Source: Pontiella sp.
GTDB lineage: Bacteria; Verrucomicrobiota; Kiritimatiellia; Kiritimatiellales; Pontiellaceae
Assembly (NCBI GenBank): GCA_050290185.1
Contig: JBNKHE010000006.1
Location: forward strand, 160,001 to 224,000
DNA: 64,000 bases
Direction of reading: 5' to 3'
Position 1 is the first letter of the stretch, and each line of letters opens with the position of its first letter. A model generated the notes under the pieces. It was not told the DNA's origin, did not search any database, and saw nothing but the letters and a program-made list of their open reading frames with translations. Shown piece by piece: positions 29,701 to 39,639 of this stretch. Both the position numbers and the translations under genes were made by a program.

Positions 29701-31206
29701 TCAACGGTCCAGATTGAGCCGTCCGTGAGCCTTTGTGCGTAACTCGCTGAACGTGGTCGCATCCGAAGCCAGTTCTTTGCCGTAGGCGGGAACCAAATGG
29801 GCGAGTTTGTCTTTCCAGGCGTCTGCGGCCATCTCTTCGGGAAAACATTTTTCGAGCACTTCGAGCATGATCGAGACGGACGTGGAGGCCCCGGGTGAAG
29901 CGCCCAGCATGGCGGCCAGCGATCCGTCGGACGCCGCTACCACCTCGGTACCAAACTGCAGCTTGCCGGTTCGTTCCGCGTCATTCTTGATGATCTGTAC
30001 CCGCTGGCCCGCAATGGCGAGCGTCCAATCGCCGTTGACGGCGTCCGGGTAGAATTCCTTCAGATTTTCGCAGCGGTCCTCATGGCTGTTGCGGCACTGA
30101 TTAATCAGGTATTTGGTCAGATCCATGTTATCGCGGCCGGCGGCCAGCATCGGAAAAAGATTATCGGGCCGGATGGATTTAAACAGATCCAGGTTGGAGC
30201 CTCGTTTCAGGTATTTAGGCGAAAAACCGGCGAAAGGACCAAACAGCAGCGAGCGCCGGCCTTCGATAATCCGCGAATCGAGATGCGGCACCGACATGGG
30301 CGGCGCACCGACCGCCGCCTTGCCGTAGACCTTCGCATGGTGCCGCTCGACAATGTCCTGGTTTCTGCAAACCAGAAACTGGCCGCTCACCGGAAAACCG
30401 CCAAAGCCCTTTCCTTCCGGAATTCCTGACTTCTGCAGCAACGAAAGCGCACCGCCACCGGCACCAATAAACACAAACCGCGCGTTGAGCGAACGTTTTC
30501 CACCGGCCGACGGCTTGACCACGACATTCCATCCGCCCGAGGTCTTCCGGTTGAGATTGCGAACGGTCGTCTCCGTGGCCAGACGCACGCCATCGAGCGA
30601 AATTAAATAATCCATCAGTTTTTGGGTCAGCGACCCATAATTGACATCCGTTCCGCAGGTAATGCGCGTGGCCGCAATCGTCTCGTCTGCGGAGCGTCCC
30701 TGCAGCAGCAATGGCGCCCACTCGCCGATCCGGTCGTGGTCGTCGGAAAAATCCATGCCTTCAAACAGCGGGCAGGCCACCATGGCCTGCTGGCGCCGGC
30801 GCAGGAAATCGCGGTTTTCATCCCCCGTAACAAAGCTCATGTGGGCCACACTGCGGATAAAATCGGCCGGCTTGGGAAGAATGCCCTGCTCCGCCAGATA
30901 GCCCCAGAAATGCTTCGAAGTCTCAAATTGTTCGTTCACGGAGACGGCTTTGGAAATGTCGATCGATCCGTCGGCGGTTTGCGGGGTGTAGTTCAGCTCG
31001 CACAGGCCGGCATGACCGGTCCCGGCATTGTTCCAGGCATTGGAACTTTCCATCGCCACCTGCGGCAGGGCTTCGATGATCTGGATGGTGCAATCAGGCT
31101 TCAGCTGCTTGAGCAAGACGCCCAGTGTCGCACTCATGATCCCGCCACCAATCAGGACGATATCCGGACTATCCTCGATTTGTGCAGAAACATGATCACT
31201 TTTCAT
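29701..31206 (-). CDS. mqo: Malate:quinone oxidoreductase
   Basis: [44 protein letters not shown] and [11 protein letters not shown]. Confidence 0.97.
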   Translation of the reverse strand: MKSDHVSAQIEDSPDIVLIGGGIMSATLGVLLKQLKPDCTIQIIEALPQVAMESSNAWNNAGTGHAGLCELNYTPQTADGSIDISKAVSVNEQFETSKHFWGYLAEQGILPKPADFIRSVAHMSFVTGDENRDFLRRRQQAMVACPLFEGMDFSDDHDRIGEWAPLLLQGRSADETIAATRITCGTDVNYGSLTQKLMDYLISLDGVRLATETTVRNLNRKTSGGWNVVVKPSAGGKRSLNARFVFIGAGGGALSLLQKSGIPEGKGFGGFPVSGQFLVCRNQDIVERHHAKVYGKAAVGAPPMSVPHLDSRIIEGRRSLLFGPFAGFSPKYLKRGSNLDLFKSIRPDNLFPMLAAGRDNMDLTKYLINQCRNSHEDRCENLKEFYPDAVNGDWTLAIAGQRVQIIKNDAERTGKLQFGTEVVAASDGSLAAMLGASPGASTSVSIMLEVLEKCFPEEMAADAWKDKLAHLVPAYGKELASDATTFSELRTKAHGRLNLDR

Positions 31207-31414
31207 GCATTTATCTTTAGGCGATCAAATGTATCCAAGTCAAGCCCCCGACCGGCCATATGTCTATAAACCTAAGCAATGGCTTATTCCCCGTAAAGAT
31301 GTCGTTTGCGCGACCGAAAAATGGCGGGAATATAAATCCCTCCATGTCGGAAAAATTGCTCTTTTTCATGCCATTTTCCTTCGCGATACAAAGCCTGGGA
31401 ATGGAAGATCAAAA

Positions 31415-33043
31415 TCAGTGCTGCAGGGTTTCGGGAATCTCCCGATAGAACATGAACAAGATTATGGCGATCTGAATCACTTCTCTCGCGATGACCTGAA
31501 ATGCGTCGGTTATGCCGGCTTGCCATGCAAAAAGGCCGTACGACAACCCGGTCACCACGACCAACCCCAGTGTAAACACCGACGTGATACTGACCGGGTC
31601 TTTCCATTCATCGCGCAAATGCCGCAGCCAGCCGAAATACTGGTAACCGAGAAGAATGAAAACCGTGAACGACAACCAGGCATAATCCCCCAGCAAGTCC
31701 ACGATCAGAAAGGCATCGTACAAACCGTGAAACGCGACAATCGAGGCAAAGGTTACGGCGGCGACCTGTATGTCTCTGCCCCGGTAAATGCAGGCTCTTA
31801 ACAAGGTCAGCCCACCCATCGCAGTCCATGCAATATGCAGGAAATTGGCCGTGGCAAAACGACCCAGGGCGCTGATGCCGGCCGAACCTTCGAAATAGTT
31901 AATGTTTTCCTCGATGGCAAAACCGAGCCCGACGAGACCGGCCACCGTCAGGATTTCCAGATCGGCCTTGCGCCACAGGAACGGAATAAGGGGACAGAAG
32001 AACAGCAACTTGAGACCCTCCTCCCGGAAGCCGATACCCAGGCAATAGGCAAACTGCCCCATCGGCTCCGGTCCCAGGCCAAGATGGAGCTGATTTTCCT
32101 GCAAGAAAATAAACAGGATCGTGGCGTGAGCCGACAGCGCTCCCAGCAACAAGGCAGGGATAGCCAGCCGCACAGGCGCAGAACGGACCGATATCGCCCC
32201 GTTGAAACGCAGGACGATCACCGCCCAGATCAACCCCGATACAAGTGCCAGAAATACCATCGCCAGATTGACATCTTCATACGCCGCCGGAATCAGCGTT
32301 CGCACAAGCTCCGGCCAGTCCATTCGCGACAGTGCGATTTCCTGTTCGACATAGGCATCGATATACGGGTCGAATGCGGGGTCGCTTTTCAGCGCCCCGA
32401 GTTTATCGAACTCTTTGTCGTGCAGATAATAGCCCACCAGCCGCTCCCGCATGTCGTCCTCGTTGAACAGCTCAATCTCGCGTTGCAGCGCAAGTTCGGA
32501 GGCTTCGGGATCAAGCGAGCGGAAAGCGAGTGCCCATGCAAGGTTGGCATACTGAACCGGTTGCGCCGCGAGGCTTTCCAGCTGGCCGGCCGCGCGGGAA
32601 CTTTTCAGCTCCGAGCCCGTCAGGGTTCTGTTGCCCGCCGCTTCCATCCCCATCTCCCCGAGCGCCGACGCTATCCCGTATTCGTTGCTGGACAGATTGG
32701 AAACGACGCCATATTCGGGCACGGCCAGCCCCGTCTGCACCGGCGACAGCTGGATGACACGCCGGAAATCTTCGAGCTTTTCATAAAACGGTTGCTTGCC
32801 CGCGAGGCAGTCGCGCAGGATTCCATTGACCGCGTCGGCCATCAGGGTTTCATGCCCCTGCACGAGATCGAACCCCTCCTCCACATACATCAGCTCGTAC
32901 ACGCGATCAACCGGGGAAGGTTCATGGTCGTTCAACAGGCTGACCAGCGATCCGGCCGCGACAATAGCCAACCCCAGCATCAGACCGGTTTTCCATAGAA
33001 ATCCGACATTCCGCGTCCTGTAGAAAAGTTTATTCCTGTTCAT
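31415..33043 (-). CDS. PrsW-family intramembrane metalloprotease with N-terminal extracytoplasmic domain
   Basis: EEGLK, GLGFAIEENINY, HIAWT and HGLYD motifs within a multi-TM C-terminal half. Confidence 0.85.
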   Translation of the reverse strand: MNRNKLFYRTRNVGFLWKTGLMLGLAIVAAGSLVSLLNDHEPSPVDRVYELMYVEEGFDLVQGHETLMADAVNGILRDCLAGKQPFYEKLEDFRRVIQLSPVQTGLAVPEYGVVSNLSSNEYGIASALGEMGMEAAGNRTLTGSELKSSRAAGQLESLAAQPVQYANLAWALAFRSLDPEASELALQREIELFNEDDMRERLVGYYLHDKEFDKLGALKSDPAFDPYIDAYVEQEIALSRMDWPELVRTLIPAAYEDVNLAMVFLALVSGLIWAVIVLRFNGAISVRSAPVRLAIPALLLGALSAHATILFIFLQENQLHLGLGPEPMGQFAYCLGIGFREEGLKLLFFCPLIPFLWRKADLEILTVAGLVGLGFAIEENINYFEGSAGISALGRFATANFLHIAWTAMGGLTLLRACIYRGRDIQVAAVTFASIVAFHGLYDAFLIVDLLGDYAWLSFTVFILLGYQYFGWLRHLRDEWKDPVSITSVFTLGLVVVTGLSYGLFAWQAGITDAFQVIAREVIQIAIILFMFYREIPETLQH

Positions 33044-33136
33044 TGATCCTGCTCCAAGCTGCCATCCCGTTCCTACCCTGTGGACATACCCCCGCTACCC
33101 GAAAAAGACCGAAGCCTCCAACTAAAGCCCATATAT

Positions 33137-33156
33137 AAAAAAGGAATCCCCATTCC
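33137..33156 (-). terminator. Weak intrinsic terminator after EEP gene
   Basis: Minus strand GGAAT-GGGG-ATTCC-TTTTTT. Confidence 0.4.
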
Positions 33157-33166
33157 CGGAGATGCT

Positions 33167-34039
33167 TTAGGGGCGTTCCTGCCGTATCGGAGACCGGAAT
33201 CGTACCGTAGCCGTCACCGCAAAGTGGTCAGAGATACAACGGCCGGCCGGCATGGAAAAGTCGATGTCCGCCGCCAGCACCTTCGTGCTGGACGTGGTCA
33301 TGATGTAGTCGATCTTTGCTCCGCGTTTATCGCCCTGGAAACGGTTGAACGTGCCGACCTCTTTCGCATCGGGATGCAGTACCCGGAAAGCGTCGACCAT
33401 TACCACCGGCGTTTTACTATCGTGAGCTTTGCCCTTCAGATATTGTATGGGCAGGCTGTCTTCCGCCGTGTTGAAATCTCCGGTCAACACAAATGGAACC
33501 TCCGGCTTGCGGGCTGCGATCCGTTGGGCAATCAACTGAATTCCCTTCAATCGGGCTTCGGCCGACCGGTAATCCAGATGGGTGTTGAAGTGGTAGAAGG
33601 TTTCTCCGGTTGTTTTGCTCTTCAGCAATGCCCAGGTGCAGATGCGAACGCACGCGGCATCCCAGTTCTGCGATCGTTTTTCAGGCGTTTCAGAAAGCCA
33701 GAATGTCCCGGAATCGAGCACCTCGAATTTTCGCGTGTCGTACAGGATGCAGGAATACTCGCCCTTTTCACCACCATCGCGACCGATCCCCACTTCACCG
33801 TAGTGCGGCAATGCCTCCCGGATCTCATCGATCTGGAACCGCAAGGCTTCCTGCAGGCCAAGCATCTCCGGCGCCTGCCGTTGAATTTGGTCGATCACGG
33901 GTTGGCGCCGGTTTTTCCAGTCGTTCTCGCCGTCACCCGCCGTCCCGTAGCGGATATTGTAGCTCATCACCTTCAGATCGAGGGCCTGAACGGACCCCGC
34001 CAGGAAAAGAGTGAGCAGCATGGTATATCTTAATCCCAT
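33167..34039 (-). CDS. Secreted endonuclease/exonuclease/phosphatase family protein
   Basis: Signal peptide; VMSYNIR, GLQE, NTHLD, GDFN, IDYI and SDH. Confidence 0.92.
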   Translation of the reverse strand: MGLRYTMLLTLFLAGSVQALDLKVMSYNIRYGTAGDGENDWKNRRQPVIDQIQRQAPEMLGLQEALRFQIDEIREALPHYGEVGIGRDGGEKGEYSCILYDTRKFEVLDSGTFWLSETPEKRSQNWDAACVRICTWALLKSKTTGETFYHFNTHLDYRSAEARLKGIQLIAQRIAARKPEVPFVLTGDFNTAEDSLPIQYLKGKAHDSKTPVVMVDAFRVLHPDAKEVGTFNRFQGDKRGAKIDYIMTTSSTKVLAADIDFSMPAGRCISDHFAVTATVRFRSPIRQERP

Positions 34040-34107
34040 GAAAGAAGGCTATCAGGCCGAACCGCTAAGGGCAATCCCGCGGATCGTTCATGCGGAAGAG
34101 AAGGCTT

Positions 34108-34749
34108 TTACCGCTTCACCATGCGCATGGCCAGCAGTCCGACCGGAACGAGGATCAGGACGGGCATATAATGATATTTGAGTGCATGGGCGGGCACATA
34201 CATGCAGGCCAGTTGCATCAGGGCGGCCGGAATGAGGCCGGCAATCAGGCCGTAGAGCAGGCCCAGACGCCAGGAGAAGCGCACCCAACCCCGGCGGATA
34301 AGCACCACAAAGAACAGCAGGCAGACGCCTCCATAGATGACGACTTCATGCCAGCATGCCTCGCGTTTCCCGGCCATGGTGGCTTCGGGGGCCCAATGCG
34401 TAAAACTCGATGCAAAGCCGGCCACGAACAGCGCGCCCAGAATCCAGAGCCCGAACCGTGCGGCACGCGTATTCCGGGCGCCGGGCGTCGAAGCATTCAT
34501 CAGCACATAGGCCCCGAACGCAGCGAACAGGAAGGCCGATGCAATCTCCAGCAGGAAGAGCGGATGGTGAGCCAGCTGACCGGCGAAGCCCGGCCTGAAG
34601 GTTTGAGCGGAGTGCATCCATACGCCGGAGACCCCGGCGGCCACCGCAAACCATAGGAGCGCACGGAAAGACGGCAGCATATGCGGACGCCGGCGGCGAT
34701 GATTCGTCGTCAGATCCTTGATGAAAGCCTGTTTATCCTGATTCGCCAT
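34108..34749 (-). CDS. NrsF/DUF1109-like membrane anti-sigma factor
   Basis: About six TM segments, Cys in EACW and LACM, C-terminal H..P; directly downstream of an ECF sigma gene. Confidence 0.75.
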   Translation of the reverse strand: MANQDKQAFIKDLTTNHRRRRPHMLPSFRALLWFAVAAGVSGVWMHSAQTFRPGFAGQLAHHPLFLLEIASAFLFAAFGAYVLMNASTPGARNTRAARFGLWILGALFVAGFASSFTHWAPEATMAGKREACWHEVVIYGGVCLLFFVVLIRRGWVRFSWRLGLLYGLIAGLIPAALMQLACMYVPAHALKYHYMPVLILVPVGLLAMRMVKR

Positions 34750-34750
34750 G

Positions 34751-35332
34751 CTATGACTCCAACTCCTTCTCCACCAAAACCGCGAGTCTTTTATAGGCCC
34801 GCGATATCCGCTTCCTCAGTGCGCCGGACGAAACCCCCTCTTTTTTTGCGGCTTCCTCGCACGACATACCATCCAATTTGGTCAACTGTACCGCCGTGGC
34901 CCACTCCGCCGGCAATTGCTTCAACAAGGCTTCGAAATTCAGGCGATCCGCCACATCGTCCTCCTCATCCGCTGAGGCATGGTGGTGCGCCAATTCGATG
35001 ACCTCATCGGTCTGTGTGAACTCCTTTCGGCGGGCCTGGGCCCGGAAATAATCCGCCAGCTTGTAGCGGATGATGGCCTGAACCCACGGTTTCAAGCTGC
35101 GCGAAGGATGATATGAAGGCAACGACCGGTGCATCGCCAACACACAGATTTGCGTCAGGTCATCCAGTTCCGGGGAAAAACCGATCCGGATCCGCAGAAC
35201 CATTTCGACATACGGGTACAAGCCGTTCAAGAGGGATTCATACGCATCGCCATCGCCTTGCTGCGCCTTGGCAGCAAGCGTCCCCATTGTTTCGAAATCC
35301 AGTGTTTCGGCGGTTCCCATAAATTTGATCAT
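34751..35332 (-). CDS. ECF sigma factor (SigF/ECF16-like)
   Basis: AQQGDGDAYESLL, DDLTQ..LAMH....Y.PSR...PW..AI.RYKL.D.FR, and region-4 helix-turn-helix. Start is 35332 or 35320. Confidence 0.85.
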   Translation of the reverse strand: MIKFMGTAETLDFETMGTLAAKAQQGDGDAYESLLNGLYPYVEMVLRIRIGFSPELDDLTQICVLAMHRSLPSYHPSRSLKPWVQAIIRYKLADYFRAQARRKEFTQTDEVIELAHHHASADEEDDVADRLNFEALLKQLPAEWATAVQLTKLDGMSCEEAAKKEGVSSGALRKRISRAYKRLAVLVEKELES

Positions 35333-35457
35333 TCCCGTGCGATACCGTACGGCTCGCTTTAGAACAAAGCCGGAACAATAGCACACGGGAATCATATTGC
35401 AAACGGGGAAGGATGGCTGAATGAACATCCTTCCCCATAGTGTTTTCATCTGGATAC

Positions 35458-35916
35458 CTAACCCTTTACAGGAAGTAGCGGGCATTGGAAATACGGCGGC
35501 GGTCCGCCTTCCGGGGAACCCACTTCCATATCGAGATAACCGTACATGTAGTACGTCAGCAGTTCGGCGTATGAATGAACCACGGGCACGGTCTCAAACA
35601 TGGCAAAACCTTCATCCGTCCACCACGCAGTATAGGTGATCCAACGACCACCGCTGAACGCTACGTTCCCCGGTGCGGCTTCCGCCACCGGAAGCTGTCC
35701 GTCCGGATTGTTGCTGTTAATGATCACGAATATCGGGTCGTAGGACTGGATATTGTGTTCATTCGGAGCCGGCAGCTCGGTAGTCCCCTTCGAGCCGTAG
35801 GTTTCTCCGTCCGCCCAAATACCCGGCGCAAAACTGGGTTTCCCCTTGTTGGCCGTCGCGGTCATGGACAGGGCCACGGATGCGATTGCGAGTAGTGCTA
35901 ATTTTTTGTTCATCAT
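35458..35916 (-). CDS. Small secreted protein of unknown function
   Basis: Signal peptide; QLPVAEAAPG...SGGRW and terminal FQCPLLP; first gene of the ECF/NrsF cluster. Confidence 0.75.
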   Translation of the reverse strand: MMNKKLALLAIASVALSMTATANKGKPSFAPGIWADGETYGSKGTTELPAPNEHNIQSYDPIFVIINSNNPDGQLPVAEAAPGNVAFSGGRWITYTAWWTDEGFAMFETVPVVHSYAELLTYYMYGYLDMEVGSPEGGPPPYFQCPLLPVKG

Positions 35917-36028
35917 CTTCTCACCTTTCGTTTAGTGTGCATGTTGCAGTTACCGTTTTGGCACGGAACCTGTTCGTCCTGACGATCACCACCTTGAACA
36001 CCGCAGATTACCTGCCTTCACTTATCTA

Positions 36029-36054
36029 TTCGGCGCGGCAATATGGTTTGTGAC
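36029..36054 (-). promoter_or_regulatory. Candidate ECF16-type promoter
   Basis: Minus strand GTCACA-N16-CGAA, one mismatch from the GTAACA-N16-CGAA SigF/ECF16 consensus. Confidence 0.6.
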
Positions 36055-36294
36055 GAAAAAACTTGATCGAATTGATCAGGCGCCGGTCAGTCGGCGGTGT
36101 GCGGAAATTCCGGCGGGAGCCGATCGCGACTGTGGAGACGTTATCAATTGCAGGGCCGGAATGGACACAGGCGTATCGGAATTCCCGTGGTAATCAGCGC
36201 CGGGGACCTCAACGCCCTCCGCCCGCATACCGTGCAGATGTCGATTACGACAGTGGTGCGAAGACACGCCTGTGTTGGAAAAAACCGGCTGTTG

Positions 36295-37134
36295 TTAGGC
36301 GGGCCAGTGCTTGTCGATGTGGGCGATGCAGTGGGCAACGGTCTCGGGACTGGATTCCTCCAGCAGGATGCTCATGCCCGGTCCGGCGGCAGAAATCAGG
36401 CTACAGAGGCGGCTGTAGTCCAGCTCGCCGAAACCAGTGGGGATCTGCTTGTACTCACCGTTTTCCATCGAGAAATCCTTGGCGTGGATAATCTTGATGC
36501 GGTCGCCGTAAAGCTGGAATGGCTCCTCGATCATGCGGGCCTGATCGTGCGCGTTATCAGCGTTGATCAGATTCACCGGATCATGGATCACGACAAGATT
36601 CGTTGATTGGATTTCGTCGAGCAGGCGTTTCATTTTTTGCGGTGTTGAAGTCGTATGATGCGTAACCGCTTCGACGGCCACTTTGACGCCGTGCTTTTCC
36701 GCTTCGGCCACCAGCTGTTCCATGGTGCGGAGCATGGCCTGGAAGTTTTCTTCGCTGCCCGTATCGGGATGAGGTGAATAACCGGGTGTCGGTGTTCCGG
36801 TTTCGAGCCCGACCAGTCCACAGCCCATGTCGCGGACATAGCGCACGTGATCCTTGAAAAAATCAATCAGGTTTGCACGAACCGCCTGATCCGGATGGAT
36901 GGGATTGATATAGCATCCGAGCACCGCAATCTGTACGCCGTTGCGCAGAAAGCCCTGGCCCACTTCCCAGGCCAGCCCGGGGTTGAGCTGGCCCGCTTTC
37001 AAGTTAAGCCCTTCAATTGCGACATTCAGCGCAACCTGTGCACAGCAGAGGTTCTTTTCCGCCAGCCGTGCACCCAGAGCGTCTGCTGAACCGGTTCCAA
37101 AATCGTGGGCACGGGCACCAATCCGTTTCATCAT
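36295..37134 (-). CDS. Sugar phosphate isomerase/epimerase (xylose isomerase-like TIM barrel)
   Basis: LGCYINP.HPD, ETG, AVEAV, DPVN, IHAKD and LLEE; ATGA overlap with GH105. Confidence 0.88.
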   Translation of the reverse strand: MMKRIGARAHDFGTGSADALGARLAEKNLCCAQVALNVAIEGLNLKAGQLNPGLAWEVGQGFLRNGVQIAVLGCYINPIHPDQAVRANLIDFFKDHVRYVRDMGCGLVGLETGTPTPGYSPHPDTGSEENFQAMLRTMEQLVAEAEKHGVKVAVEAVTHHTTSTPQKMKRLLDEIQSTNLVVIHDPVNLINADNAHDQARMIEEPFQLYGDRIKIIHAKDFSMENGEYKQIPTGFGELDYSRLCSLISAAGPGMSILLEESSPETVAHCIAHIDKHWPA

Positions 37135-39320
37135 ATCTCCTGCAATGCTTTTTCGGCGCAAGCCTGATATTCGTTCAGTTTCTTCACTTCCACGCCGGCG
37201 AGCAGTACAATACCTATGCCGTGGGTGTCGTTGAGCTTCCAGAGCAAATCGTTGATATAGTAGTCCGGTGTGAACGAAAACTCCGAGCCGCGGCAGACGC
37301 CGTGTACGTTGCCCCTGTTATCGATCGCGATGCGGTTAAGCGCCTTCCAGGCCTTGTGTACGGCCTCGGCATAGATATCCGGATGGTCCAGCCAACCGTA
37401 GCGAATACCGCGGGAGAATGCATAGATGAACATCGAGGTGCAGGAGGTTTCCGGATAGGATTCATGATGGGTTAGCACCTGATGCCACATCCCCTCTTCA
37501 TCCTGCAGCGCGCATATGCCTTCGCAGAGGGCCCGGAAGAAGCCAATCAGGTCATCACGCCTTTCATGGTCTTCGGGAAGCACGGCGAGAAGTTCTGAAA
37601 GGGAAAACAACGGCCAGCCGTTGGCCCGCCCCCACGGAATACCGGTAGCCATCCCGCGGCCGATATCATAGACATGCGACATGATCTGCTGCTCCGGAAT
37701 ATAGAGCCGTTTCTTGAATCCGAAGAACTGGTTGGCTGCGTCGTCGATATAGCGGCGATCTCCGGTAAGCTGGTAGTAGCGGCAGAGAAAGGGCACGCTC
37801 ATATAAAGATCATCCGCCCACATGGTGTTGTTGTGAAACGTATGCATCATGTCCCGACGATAGAATGTGCCATCCTCGAAGCGGTCCTGCTTGTTGGCGA
37901 TATGATCGCCCACCAGTTCGGCAATCGGCTCGTACCCTTCGATGTCGCAATGTTTTACCACTTCCAGCATGCAGGAACCGAAGGACCCGCAGTCGTCGAG
38001 GCTGTCGATGCTCGAAAGCAGGTTATGGACATGGGTTGCTCCGCCAAATCTGGCCCGGTCCCACTTGGAATAGGGATAGGTCGTGCAGCAGAACTGTACG
38101 TGGTCGCGGACATAATCCTTAACTTTGTCCGAGCCGAGCTCCATGGACGCATGCAGAAGACCATAAAGGGTAACGCCGAGCGGATAGTTCCATTGACCGA
38201 ACAGCGGGGTTTCGTTGTAGAGCCGCAGATAGGTGTCCGGCGCATCAATCCGCCAGTATCCCTGACCTTCAGCCGTTTCGTGAATGGAGAAAAAGTCCGT
38301 AAGCGACTCCAGCTCAGGCAAGGCAGCCGGATCAAACGGTCCGGCGAAGAGCCAGATTGCATCGCTCCCCTGCAGATCGCACGGGCAGCGGGTTTCAACA
38401 TTCAGCTCGAGTTCAAATCCCCAGCCTTCTTCCGTGCCGGTGCAAAGCACCATCAGGTCATGCGATCCGGACGACAGCTTGAATTGGCCGCTCAATTCTC
38501 CGGAAACATCATTCACTGCAATCTCAGTGCCATCGCATAGTATCCGAATGCCGCCGGTGTGACTCCCCGAAAGCAATGCGTTGACCGGGCTGTCCCCGTG
38601 ATTCTCGATCTTGGTCCAGGCAATGGCCGTCCTTCCCGGTTCCGATCCGTAGATGCGGCCGCAGTTGCCCAGAGCGCGTTCGCTTTCAGACCATTCTGCA
38701 GCCGGATTCCAGACAACGTCCGTATCCCTTTCGTTCTGACCTTCAAGAGGGAGAACCTCTTGATCGGAAGGGAGCGGACTCGAGAAGAGCCACCCTTCCT
38801 GACCCTCCCTTTCGGGTGAAGGCATCATGAAGACATAAGGATGCTTGCCGATCCACGAGCCGAACTTCCATCCGAAGCCGCCACGGGTCTTTTTGGCCCG
38901 GATGACAAAGTGGTTCCAGCCGGCCTTCAGATGCAACGTAATCCGGTTATACTGCTCCGGATCCCGCTCGGAAAAAATGTTGGAGCGCCAGACTTCCTCT
39001 CCGTTTAGGAAAAGCAACATGGGGCCATAGCAGTTGAGATCAAACATGAGCTCACCAGCCGCTTCCGACCACATCTTGGCCCAGGCGTATACGCACTCCT
39101 CATTCTGTGCATCCGGAAAAAAGGTATTGAAGTCGGCCGCGTAGCGGTAGTCGATGGCGCGTTGGATCCCGCGCTCAGAATAGGCCCGGAAGGTTATTGG
39201 ACCACGGGGGTTCAGCTCCATATAGTGGTCAGCAACGACGGAGAGTGTGGTTTCCACCTGATCTCCGGCCTGCCTGGCCATACTCAAATTGTCGTCGAAA
39301 TAAAATCCCATATCATTCAC
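37131..39320 (-). CDS. GH105-family unsaturated uronyl hydrolase with long N-terminal extension
   Basis: WNYP.GV, LDDCG, MWADDLYM, WGRANGW, GMWHQV, ETSCTSMF and DTHGIG. GTG start; no obvious signal peptide. Confidence 0.88.
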   Translation of the reverse strand: MNDMGFYFDDNLSMARQAGDQVETTLSVVADHYMELNPRGPITFRAYSERGIQRAIDYRYAADFNTFFPDAQNEECVYAWAKMWSEAAGELMFDLNCYGPMLLFLNGEEVWRSNIFSERDPEQYNRITLHLKAGWNHFVIRAKKTRGGFGWKFGSWIGKHPYVFMMPSPEREGQEGWLFSSPLPSDQEVLPLEGQNERDTDVVWNPAAEWSESERALGNCGRIYGSEPGRTAIAWTKIENHGDSPVNALLSGSHTGGIRILCDGTEIAVNDVSGELSGQFKLSSGSHDLMVLCTGTEEGWGFELELNVETRCPCDLQGSDAIWLFAGPFDPAALPELESLTDFFSIHETAEGQGYWRIDAPDTYLRLYNETPLFGQWNYPLGVTLYGLLHASMELGSDKVKDYVRDHVQFCCTTYPYSKWDRARFGGATHVHNLLSSIDSLDDCGSFGSCMLEVVKHCDIEGYEPIAELVGDHIANKQDRFEDGTFYRRDMMHTFHNNTMWADDLYMSVPFLCRYYQLTGDRRYIDDAANQFFGFKKRLYIPEQQIMSHVYDIGRGMATGIPWGRANGWPLFSLSELLAVLPEDHERRDDLIGFFRALCEGICALQDEEGMWHQVLTHHESYPETSCTSMFIYAFSRGIRYGWLDHPDIYAEAVHKAWKALNRIAIDNRGNVHGVCRGSEFSFTPDYYINDLLWKLNDTHGIGIVLLAGVEVKKLNEYQACAEKALQEI

Positions 39321-39551
39321 TAAGCCACAACGGGCATTTGTTTGCTGCTATTACATCTGAGCTGCTTCCAACGACTCATCTGGATACATGTCCCCTGTCA
39401 GTCCATAGGTTGACAACCCTTAGAGCTTGCGGCAAGAACAGGAGCCGAACTGGAAATCTACAATTCCAAACATTGCGATTCTCCTGTAATAAGACATCCT
39501 ACTGTAACTCTGTTCCACCTGCCATACTGCCCGGGCGAAGAAACGGGTAAT

Positions 39552-39570
39552 ATTTATTCTTGGAATAAAT
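39552..39570. promoter_or_regulatory. Palindromic operator candidate between divergent GH105 and HAD genes
   Basis: ATTTATTC-TTG-GAATAAAT perfect 8-bp arms in an AT-rich spacer. Confidence 0.35.
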
Positions 39571-39639
39571 CCCAGAAAGAATCCAAAAACTATTAAATTT
39601 AATCATGAAAAAGATGTCTCCGTCAATGAGGGTAGCGAA

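Noticed and set aside
29589..29762. Extended N-terminus of the ECF ORF (also the track starts at 5647, 14496, 25738, 35485, 55289, 60058)
   Set aside because: Extensions overlap neighbouring genes or lack homologous character; downstream starts fit family length better.
36085..36140. Cobalamin-riboswitch-like words (CGGTG..AAATTCCGGCG..ACTGT)
   Set aside because: The AGGGAA element is missing and there is no plus-strand gene downstream.
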